Origin: Dictyostelium discoideum
Taxonomy: Eukaryota
Length of the DNA stretch: 64,000 bases
Direction of reading: 5' to 3'
Assembly (NCBI GenBank): GCA_000004695.1
Contig: CM000151.3
Span: forward strand, 2,592,001-2,656,000
Made by a program: the position numbers and the translations under genes. The notes beneath the pieces were generated by a model. That model was not told where the DNA came from, did no database searches, and saw only the letters and a program-made list of their open reading frames with translations. Below are positions 13,221-24,696 of the stretch, in pieces (the first letter of the stretch is position 1; every line of letters starts with the position of its first letter).

Positions 13221-15886
13221 CTAATTTAAAGCTCCTAATTTCTTTGACATTGAAACAGCAAATTTTTTGTTTTTCTTTGTTTTGTGAACAGAGTAAACAA
13301 TACTAACAACAATTACAGTTGCAAAACCTGCAGCACCAATAGCAATACCAGCGATTTGACCTTTTGTTAAACCAGATTTCTTTGAACATATTGAATTTTC
13401 ACTTGATTGTGATGCCGCATTTTGGTCGATTAAAAGTGAAAAATCAGGATCAATCGATACAGATTCACTATAATGTGGAATTATTATACCAATATAGGAT
13501 TGTTGAGCATGTGTATTTGATTCAATTGTATTCATTGAATCATCAAGTAAAACATTGTCAACGCTAACTACAAGATCATCAACGATAGCTCTTTTTAAAA
13601 ATCTACCGTAAACGGAATGATCATCAATTTGTAATTTAATAAAGTTTGAATCGTCACCATTTGTGGTATCACCAAATGATTTTGAGGAACATACATCATC
13701 ATTGCTATTATCACCTGTGGAAAGTAATGTTGCAGACATTACCAATTGGAGTTGATTTAATGCTGATGAGAATGGGTAATTTGTAATATCAACATTGAAT
13801 TTAATTGATGATGGATTCATTGTTAATTGTTGACCTGCGAATGTAACGCTTGAAGTTTTTGAAAACCATTGCATTGTTGTTGTAACATTAACTTTTTCAT
13901 CTTTACCTTCAATTGAAATTGTTGTATCGTATCTACTAGTATTTGAGTTTATTTCTTTAAATGACCATGTATTTAATGGAATGGTTTTGATTGGATTACC
14001 ATTGAAATCTAATTCTCTTAATGAAACAATTGAAATTAATGATTTGTAAATAATTTGTGGTGGTAAGTTTGGATTACCGCCAGTGGTCGTAGAAGAACCA
14101 CCACCATTATCACCTGGAATTGGAATTTCTATTGATGGATTACTTCCATTAATTATTGGTGGTATAACTTCTAAGAGTTTTGAACTACAATCTTTACCAT
14201 AATATGGAGTTATACAAACACAACCATTCTTTGTACAAACACCTTGATTTTCTCCACCACATTCTGGGTTACCTAAACATTTTTGAGGTGGATTTGTTGG
14301 AATTGGTGATTTTGTTGGAGGTTGAGTTGGAGGTTTAGTTGGAGGTTGAGTTGGAACTGGGTCAGTGTAGTTGAAAAAGTATAGTTCTGGTGTAATTGTA
14401 ATAATGTTTGATTTTTTGACTGGTTGTAATGAATTTAAAAGTTGAACTGTGAATGATTGATTTGTTGGTTTGATACCTGTAATTACTAAGGCACTATTGT
14501 ATCTATTACCTGTAATTGGTTGAGATACTAATTGGGAATCATAGTAAACAATATTAACAGTATCTATTGAAGAGAAACCTCTACCCTGTAACAATATATC
14601 ACCTCCTTGATTTGTTATACCTGTTGAAGATTTTATAATTGGAATATCCATTGAAAATTGATCAGTTGTAATAAACCATGCAGTTGAACCCATAGATTTA
14701 AGTAAATCACTTGAATAGCCTGAATAATAGCCACCATTATTAATGAAACCATAAACTGAAACTGTAAATCCGAGTGGATAACCAAAGCCAACTGGTATTT
14801 CAACTGTACATGAATATTCTGCATCTGTTGATGTTCTTGATTCAATTTTTGAAATGCATTCTACTGAACCTAAATTTTCATCAATTAAATAAATAGCTGG
14901 AAATTGGTTATTCTTTAAACCACTATCTAAATCTTGTGCTTTGAAATTAAAAGTAATTGATCTATCTTGAGAACCAACATCAATATTTGTTTTTGATGCT
15001 GTAAAACTAATTAAAGTTGGTGGAGATGTATCTAATGCTGTGCTACAATTTGTGCTATCTACTGAAAGTGTCAATGATTCATATGGTAAAAGGTAAAATG
15101 GATTGACAACTGAAACAATGCTAAGAGGACTTAGAACTCTTTCATTATCAAGCACAGCCATATAATTATTTACATTACCAAATGTATCGCCAAGATAAGC
15201 ATTGACTATAATATAATCTTGAGCAATACAACCATAGTTATTTAAATTATCTTGTAATGGTATTGAAATTAAATAATCTGCTTTCCATTTATCTCCACTT
15301 CCTCTAACAGCTGTTGAAGGTGAAATTGAAAAATTATATACTGACGAATCTAAACTACCTTTAACAGTTACAAAACCATTTAAAAATCCATTAATTTCAT
15401 CTTCAATTGTTAATAACCAACCAACATTTGATGTTCCAAAATCTGATTGCGATTTTTTAACTATTTTTGTAACTATTGGACCTACAATATCAATATTCTC
15501 TGAAATTATATTTAATTGATATTTATCTGGTAATGCTGTGTTTATGAGTGTATTATATTTGGCAAATGTTAAAGTCCAATCCAACACACCTGGTACTATA
15601 TTTGCTGGCATTTTAAACATTACACTAAATCTACTATTTGATTCATCCCATTTTGCAAATTTATAATTAGGGCTGTACTTTAAGGAATAATCTGTTTGTG
15701 CATTATTATCTTTTAATGTTTTTGGTTCAGATAATGAAAAACCAATTGCTAAATTTTTATAATTTTCAATATTATCAAATGTAAAATACATTATATTATC
15801 TACACTTTGATTTGTAACATGGACATTATTAAATAAGAATGAAATATTTTTTAAATCTTTATAATAATTTACTGTATCTATTTTTA

Positions 15887-15921
<35 letters not shown>

Positions 15922-16354
15922 AATAAAATTTAAAAATTAATATTTTAAACCATTTCTTTTTAAATTTACATCTTAATAGTATATATTAATATATTTATAA
16001 CTTACTATTTAATTGAATTCCAGGTAAAATCATAATTTGATCAGGATTGGTAATTGAAAATGGATATAATGGGGTATAAGTTGTTTTTAAATCCAATTCA
16101 TTAATAAGTGAAACTGCATTTTGGGTATCAATTCCCAAGTTTACTCCATCATGCACATATTCCCAAGCACCATTTAAATTATTACCTGATACTAAATTTT
16201 GAGATCCAAATCTTAAATAAACACCATCTATAATATGATCGATATATTTAACACCTACATCATCTTGAGCTTTAAAAATGACTAAAAATGAAAATTGGAA
16301 AATATTAATCCTTTCAACAGATGTAATCTTTCCTAGACTTCCATTGACTAATTA

Positions 16355-16390
<36 letters not shown>

Positions 16391-18042
16391 CTCTGTTAGT
16401 TAATTTTTAATAAAAAAGAAACAAAAGTATTAATTATATCATACCAATTTTATAAAAATCTTTATTTACTTCAACAAATGATGAACCACAGTTCCAAGAA
16501 AAACTTTGTTGAAATGATTTAGGTGAAATAGGAGTGGAAATACTCATTTGATTATTATCATTGTTACCATTAATAAATCCAAATGGGAAATCATAAATAA
16601 AACCAGAATCAAATATTTGTTTGAAATTACAAGTCAAAGTTTTAAAATCATATCTGGAAAAACCATTAAACTTTACAGTTATAAAATTTGATGTTGTGGT
16701 ATTATCAAGGCTAACGGTTGGTGTACCCAATGGATTTGAAGTTGTTACTAATAGATAGTTTGTATGGTTTATTAGTTTAAAATCATAAGAATATTAAAAT
16801 TTAAAATTTAAAAATATTAAAAAACTTACTTTGGAAATTAAATGTTGAATTGAAATCATTCTTGAATGAGTTATCCTCCTTTTGGGAATAAAAATTAAAA
16901 TTTTGTTCTCCAAACAAAAGTGGCATTGGGTTAACGAAATATTTAACCTTACCTTTTACACCAGATATTGGTTTAGGAGTAAAGTAGAACGGACTACTTT
17001 CAAAAGAATAAACTGGTCTTTGAATTGATGAATTTGATGTGAATTCAATTCCAGTACCATACAAAGCATTGTATCGAAGGTCTCTCCACTTGTATTCTTG
17101 AATATCAGTTATTGAAATAATTGGATCTTTTATAATAAAAAAATTTGATTGTTAATATTAATATTATTATTATTTTTTTTATTTTTTTAATATATATATT
17201 GATTTATATTAAACTTACCTAAAAGATTAAATGGTACTGAAACTTTTAAAACTTGATTACTTGTAAATTTTAAATCAATATCCCATATATTTGAATTTGG
17301 TGCAATTTTTAAATAATAATTTTCACTATATAAAATTCGGTATTGAGAGTTTCCCATTCTATTTAATGTCGCAAAATCACTCTCAGGCATTGTACTTTCA
17401 TCTGGTACTCCATTTAATCTTACAATTGATGAATATTTATAAACATCATTCCAAGTAACCTCTTGAATAATATCTATTGTTACTAATGATACTTCAACCT
17501 CTATTTAAATTTTATTTTGAAATGTAGAATTTAAAAAAGATATTAATAAAAAAAAATAAAAAAAAAAGGATAAAAATTTAATTAAAAAAAAATAAAAAAT
17601 AAATAATAATAAAAAAAATTATTTGTTTAAAAAATAAAATAAAATAAATGAAAAAAAAAAATAAAAATAAATGAAAAAAAATAAAATAATTACCTTTGCA
17701 AATATAACTAACATTTAAATATCCATTGTTTTGATTACCATCATTAACTGTAAAAATAATATTTTTTGTTTCCCCAATGTTTAAATACTCAAAATGGCTA
17801 TAAAGACTAAAATCACTGGTTGAAGTTAAAAAAAAACTAGCTGGAAATAAATTATCTATATTGGATTGTTGAGTAGAATTATTTACTAAAATATAATGAT
17901 AAACACCACAAACGCTTTGTGTCAAATATTGAGGGTAACTTATTAATAGATTATTTGGAGTAATATCTGTTAATATAAATTGCGATTTAATAAATCCAAA
18001 ATTTATTAATAATATATAAAAAAATAAATAAAAAAATTTCAT
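13221..18042 (-). CDS. Large (~1400 aa) type I transmembrane glycoprotein with signal peptide, EGF-like Cys module and Pro/Thr-rich stalk. 6 exons, all introns phase 1.
   Basis: Exon 1 17694..18042 starts MKFFYLFFYILLINFGFIKSQ (signal peptide). Exons 17219..17500, 16830..17126, 16445..16747, 16006..16347, 13221..15877 hand-spliced with GTAAGT/GTAAT/GTATGA donors and AG acceptors; every junction is phase 1. Terminal exon contains CLGNPECGGENQGVCTKNGCVCITPYYGKDCSS (EGF-like), TQPPTKPPTQPPTKSPIPTNPPQ stalk, many N-x-S/T sites, TM segment IAGIAIGAAGFATVIVVSIVYSV and short cytoplasmic tail. Tool ORFs 16434.., 16801.., 17187.., 17578.. are its internal exons. Confidence 0.7.
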
Positions 18043-18406
18043 TTTTTAAAAATAATTTATTTTATATTTATTTTTCTATTTATTTATTTTTCTATTTATT
18101 TTCTATTTAATGATAATTTTTTTTTTTTTTTTTTTTTTTTCGTAGGAAAGAAGTTGAAAAAAAAAAAAGAAGTAAATAAAAGATATTTTTTCGAGCTCGA
18201 AAAAACCCAGCTAAAGATATTTTTTCAAATTGAAAATCTTTACTATTTCTTTTATTTTATTAATTTCTTTCACACAAAATTCGTTGCTTTATCTAGATTA
18301 ATTAATTAGATTGCATTTTTTTTTTTTATTTATTTAATTTTATTTTTTTTTATTTTTTTTTTTTTTTTTTTGTTTTAAAAGAATCAGTTATTTGGAAAAA
18401 TTGTAA

Positions 18407-18439
<33 letters not shown>

Positions 18440-18530
18440 AAACGAAAGATATTTTTAAAAAACGCGTCCTGTATCCAATTTTCCTGATATTTTTTAATTT
18501 TTTCTTATTTTTTTTTTTATTTACTAAAGG

Positions 18531-18960
18531 CTTCTAATTTCCTTGCATTTTTTGTTTTTCTTTGTTTTGTGAACAGAGTAAACAATACTAACAACAATTA
18601 CAGTTGCAAAGCAAACAGAACCAATTGTAATACCAGCGATTTGACCTTTTGTTAAACCAGATTTCTTTGAACATATTGAATTTTCACTTGATTGTGATGC
18701 CGCATTTTGGTCGATTAAAAGTGAAAATCAGGATCAATCGATACAGATTCACTATAATGTGGAATTATTATACCAATATAGGATTGTTGAGCATGTGTAT
18801 TTGATTCAATTGTATTCATTGAATCAATTGTATTCATTGAATCATCAAGTAAAATATTATCAACACTAACTACAAGATCATCAACGATGGCCCTCTTTTT
18901 AAAAATCTACTGTAAACTGAATGATCATCAATTTGTAATTTAATAAAGTTTGAATCATCA
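18531..18960 (-). pseudogene. Degraded duplicate of the 3'-terminal exon (TM segment, C-terminus, 3' flank) of the 13221..18042 glycoprotein gene, located just upstream of that gene's promoter
   Basis: 18531..18960 aligns at roughly 90% with 13241..13670 (e.g. gtgaacagagtaaacaatactaacaacaattacagttgcaaa…ttgacctttt gttaaaccagatttctttgaacatattgaattttcacttgattgtgatgccgcattttggtcgattaaaagtgaaaa). It differs by a 1-bp deletion (gtgaaaatcagg vs gtgaaaaatcagg), an internal 17-bp tandem duplication (ttgtattcattgaatca x2) and substitutions that break the frame. Tool ORF 18870..19064 (…DDSNFIKLQIDDHSVYSRFLKR…) is the remnant frame. Confidence 0.7.
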
Positions 18961-19089
18961 AGCAAATTTTTATTTAGGAATTTCAAAAATATTTCTCTAA
19001 AGGATTTCTTATCAAACCTCATTGAAAATTTCAGCACTAAAGTGTTAAAAAAAAAAAGAGGCAACCAACTAGCACATAATTACTTTTTA

Positions 19090-19136
19090 ACTTTTATTTT
19101 TATTTTATATGCAGATTATAAAATAAAAATAAAAGT
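19090..19136. repeat. Perfect 20-bp inverted repeat with 7-nt spacer (hairpin-forming)
   Basis: acttttatttttattttata-tgcagat-tataaaataaaaataaaagt; the arms are exact reverse complements. Confidence 0.8.
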
Positions 19137-19443
19137 CCCCTTAAGTTTTTGCCAACCAAATCCAAAAAAACAAATTGTTTATATATGGTGAAAATAAAAT
19201 AAAATTACAATTTTTAAAAAAAAAAAAAAAATAAAATTAATATGCAAGTGAGTCGAATGTAAAACAGACCTAAATTTAATTTAACCTTTGGTTAATTTTA
19301 CAATTTTAATTTTTTTTTTTTTGTTGTATTTGTGATTTAATTTTTTTTTATTTTTTTTATATTTTATTAAATAATAGGAATTTATTTTAAAATTATTTAG
19401 ATTTCTAATTTCCAATCAATTCTTGTTTTGTGTGGGTGAAAAT

Positions 19444-19483
<40 letters not shown>

Positions 19484-19652
19484 AAATAATGTGGTGTGTG
19501 GGATTTAAATTAACTAAATTTAATTTTACGTTGCCTTACGCACACCAACATTTTAATGCATTGACTAAACATATATTAAATATTAATTAAAATTACAATT
19601 TAAATTTTTTTTTTTTTTATTATTTTTTATAATTTTTTTAATTTTATATAAT

Positions 19653-19764
<112 letters not shown>

Positions 19765-20259
19765 GGATTTGCTTTTAAATAAAATAAACAAATAACTTTT
19801 TATTTTATTTTTTCTGAATTTTGAAATTTCTTTTGATTTTTGTACAAATATAAGTAAATTATTTTTATTTACAATTAATTTGTTATTTTTAAAAAAAAAA
19901 AACATTTTAATTTAAATGAATTTAATATATAAAGTGGTGATAGAATAGACTGAATATAATAATTTTTCGGGAATAACTTTACATTAATAACCGAATCTCC
20001 CAAATTTAATATTTTAAATTCAATTTTAATTAATATACTTTAATTAAAATCAATTTTAATTAATATATTCTAAAAATGGAAATTTAAATTAATTTTTTTA
20101 TTTTATATAAAAAAGGATACTATTTTTTTTTTTTTTATTTTATTATAAAATACAAATATATTTTAAAAAGGTAAAAAATAAATATATCATAAACTTTAAA
20201 TATATATATTAATAGTTTTTTAAAAAAAAAGATAAAAAATAAAAAAAATAAAAAAAATC

Positions 20260-20484
20260 ATGTTAAAAATTTTAATAGCAATTTTAGTGGTGATCTCATT
20301 GTTTTCAAATGTAAATGCAATAGATATAGGAGATTATCAAAATGAAGCCCAGTGTGCCATAGGTTGTGTTAAAAATGCACCAAATTATTCATATGAATGT
20401 GCAAACTGGAGTTTCCCATCATGTAGAGATTTATTAAAAAAATGTGCAATAGAATGCGCAGAAGCTTATGAAAATGCCAGATAA
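20260..20484 (+). CDS. Small secreted cysteine-rich protein (74 aa: signal peptide plus ~54-aa mature peptide with 6 Cys)
   Basis: ATG in A-rich context. MLKILIAILVVISLFSNVNA (signal peptide) then IDIGDYQNEAQCAIGCVKNAPNYSYECANWSFPSCRDLLKKCAIECAEAYENAR, TAA stop. Single exon. Complexity and codon usage (GC at third positions) higher than flanking DNA. Confidence 0.5.
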   Translation: MLKILIAILVVISLFSNVNAIDIGDYQNEAQCAIGCVKNAPNYSYECANWSFPSCRDLLKKCAIECAEAYENAR

Positions 20485-21528
20485 TTAAAATTATGAAAAA
20501 AATGGGCTGGTCACAAGGTTTTGTTTAAAAAAATGGACTTAATGTCTGATAACAAAGTTTGTTTAAAAAATAAAACAAATAAACATTAATAAAAAAAAAC
20601 CAAAAAAACATAACAATTTTTTAATTTTATTAAATTGTTTAAAATGTATTCAAAAAATATAAAGAAAACATTTAATCTTTGTATTAGTTTAAAAGTTTTT
20701 GGTATGAGAAAATGTGAATATATATTTTATGATTATGAAAAAATTAAAACCAAAATGAACGAGATTTTTTTATTTATTTATTTTTTATTTTTAATTATTT
20801 TGTTTTTTTTTTTTTTTATTTTTATTTTTATTATTTTAAAATCATATTATCAAGTATCTATAATTTTATTCATAAAATTAGTAATTCAATATGTCAACAA
20901 CTAGTAATGGTAATGATAATCCAGAAGCAGGTATGGAAATGATTTAAATATAGATATTACTCAAAATCTTGAAATAAATGCAAATCAACCACGACAGAAA
21001 ACAAATGATATAGTAAACCAATTTCCAACATATACACCATCATTACAACATCAACCTCACAAATTATTTTAAAGTCAATAACAAATACATTAAGAAAACA
21101 ATAAACACTGTTGTAGCCAACCAACAAATGTTTTAAGATTGTGACCCATATTATTCAAAGGATTGTACTAACTTATAAGATGCAAAATTTATTGTTCAAA
21201 TCATTACAATGTTTATATTTCACAATCTATTAAATAAAACAAAAATATAAAAAAATTTAAAACAATTGTTTTATAATTGTTTAATTTTATTATTATTATC
21301 ATTATTTTTTTTCCCCAAAAAATTATTTTAATATTTTTATATTTAGTATTTGGAATTTATTTATCTCTGTTCTTCCAATTTTTTTCATTATTTAATTAAT
21401 TATCAAAAAATTGTCTAAAATGATACATTATTTATTTATATATCAAAACAAACAGTGTTTTTTTTTTTTTTTTATTTAATACTATTTTAAAATTTTTATT
21501 TATTATTTTATTTTAAATTTATAATTTA

Positions 21529-24500
21529 TTATTTTGTTAAATCTTGTAATTTTTTCAATAATAAATCAATGAGAGTTGATTTTTTATCGATTTGGTTTAA
21601 AATGACGTCAGATAATTTACCACCTAATTGATTAACTTCACGTTCAAAAATGGATTGTTTTAAACGTTTAAGGAATACTTCAATCTCTTGTGGAGATAAT
21701 TCATTTGATGGTGTTTGATTAATTTGTTGTTGAATTTGTTGTTGTCTTTGTTGTTGTTGTTGTAAAAGTTGTTGATGTTGATGTGGAGTTGCATAATTTG
21801 TTGAATAAGGTGTTGAATTTATTGGAATTTGTGATACCTGAGCTGATGGTGTATTATTTTGTTGACCTTTAAAGTAAGAGAAAACTGATGATAACATACC
21901 ACCACTATTTTGATTTGTTTTTGAAGATAAAAATGCTGATTCATTATTCTTTTTAATGTTTGAGGTAGTTGTTGAAGCATTTAAATCTGTAATCTTTAAA
22001 TTTGAACCACCTTGTTGTTGTTGTTGTTGTTGTTGTTGTGTTGTTGGATAATAAGCACTACTAGCTAAAGTTGGACTTATGGTGCCTCCAATTGCACTAC
22101 TATAGAAATTATTATTTGAATTTTGGAATAACAAATATAAAGAATTACAAAAGTAGAAAGAATGAGAAACAATCAATAACAATAGGATTTCAATATTTTC
22201 ATGGATGATAGAGATTTGAGTTTCAATATCAATGATTTTCTCTTTCAAAATATTTTCAACCATATGATTTCTTTGAGTTGGGCCAAATGCAGGATAATCT
22301 TCACCAGTTTGTAAGATCTCTTGATATTGATAGTTGGTTAATTGATCATAGGATTGTAATAATTTGAAACATTGACTTAAATCCACCTTATAGAATGAAT
22401 ATTGAAGAATATTATCAACCAATATATTAATAGCTAAATCAATTGATGGTAAAATATTAACTCCATTATTTCCATTATTATTATTATTATTACCATTATT
22501 ATTATTATTATTTCCATTGATAATACTATTATTCACTCCAAAGCCACCAAATATACTATTCTTATTTTGATTATTATTATCATTATTATTATTATTATTT
22601 TTATTATTAAATTTATAACTATTATTATTAATTATATTATCATCATCATTATCCATATCACTATTCATACTATTATTATTATAATTATTGTTGCTATTAT
22701 TATTATTGTTATTATTAATATTATTATTATTACTATTATTACGATTAGTTGATCTTAAACTTGAAAATGATTGGAATTGTTGATAAATATTTAAATTTGA
22801 ATTAAAACAAACGAAACCAAAATTTGAATCTTGAACAATTGAAACTTTTCTGCAATATAATAATAAATCATGAATGATTGAAGTGATAGTTTCTTTAATT
22901 AAAATTTGGAATTGATTCTTTCTCTTTGATTTCTTACCATTGATGCTACCATTATTATTATTATTATTATTGTTATTATTATTTGAGTTTTTACTTGTTA
23001 AACCAATATTAACACCACCAATATTAATATCATCAGGAATATTCTTAAATTGATTTTCAATTGAACTCTTTGGTAAATAACTAAAATCAATTTTCTCGGT
23101 TAATAATTCTTCATCAATATTTTCAGGTTTAACCAATTCAATGATTTGTTTTGAATTTACTGAATATTTAACTAATAAATTAATTAAACAATAATGGAAT
23201 CTATTAAATTGTGTTCTATTATGGCTACTTGTAGTTGAAGTTGAAGAAGAGGTGGTAGTTGATTTTTTAAAGAATAAACTTGAAACTTTTGAAAATAAGA
23301 AACAAGTTAATTTTAAAACTTTTAAGCTTGATAAAGTTGGATGACTAAAACTACTTTGATCTGATAAAATAATGATGAATAAATCTGAATGATTTGAAAG
23401 GAAATCAAATAATTCTTGATAAATTTCATTTCTATCACTACCAATTAAAACTGTACCACCAACATTGTTATTATTATTAATATTACCATTATTCTTTGAA
23501 GTATTATTACAATAACAACATAATGAAGCGAATAATTGTAAAATTGGTAAAAGTATCTCTATAAATTTACCAAAGATTTTATCGGTTGGAATATAATTTA
23601 AAAATGGTGATTTAACAAAACTACCAATTACATTATTATTCATTAAGAGGTGAACACCATCCATTTGTTGAGAAATCTTTAAGAGTAAGGACATTTGTGA
23701 TTTATAGACATGTAAATCCTTTGGATCAATGTTTTCCCAATTATCTGATAAATATTTTGAACAAGTATCATTGATCATATTGATGATGAATCCTTTGTTT
23801 TGTAAAAACATTAATGATCTATGTCCACAAAGATTGTCAATTGATAAAATACTTTGCATACAACTTATAGCGGTAATTCTCCAACCTCTACTAAATGAAT
23901 TACAATCACTCGATAAGATTCTAATAAATTTATCTTCAATTTTACTAATGATTAAACCAATATTTAAATTACCATATCCTTGTTCTTTATCTTGATTATT
24001 TTTATTTTTACTTTTATTATTCATTTCAACGACATTATTAATTGAGGTTGATAAAGGTGATAATGATGGAGTTGTTGGAGTTGTAGCTGATAAATCCAAA
24101 TATTGAATTAAACAAGTATAACTAATACCTCTTATTGCTTGATGTGGTGATTTTAAAACAGTTTGTAATAATCCTTCAAAGATTGATTTCATCTTTTGTT
24201 CAATTACATTTGAATCTGTGCTATTGGTAGTGAGTGAAGAATTGATAAATAATTGATAACTATCTTTTTTCAATTTCAATGTGAATAAAATGGTTAAAAT
24301 TGTATAACCAATTGATAATGTTGATTCAATTGGATTACGTTCATTTGAGAAATCAATAACTATTCTTTGTAATAATGATAATAATAATGATTCATCCAAT
24401 GTATCAATTTCAATTGTATTTTGAGCTAAAGAAATATTAATAAATGATTTCCAACCATCTAATGCTTTTAATTTACTATTATATAATTGAATACTTGAAT

Positions 24501-24626
24501 TAATTAAACAACATTCTTCTAATTCTCTTTCAATTTCAAATTCATTTGAAAATCTATTAAAATCATTCTTTAAAACCTCTCTAATTTTAATAATATCTAA
24601 TAATTGACTTGTACCACCATTAGTAA

Positions 24627-24696
<70 letters not shown>

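Noticed and set aside
20891-21060. Apparent 2-exon small ORF (MSTTSNGNDNPEA…)
   Set aside because: The only splice restoring the frame needs a 21-23-nt intron, far below the minimum intron length in this genome. Unspliced it gives an 18-aa peptide.
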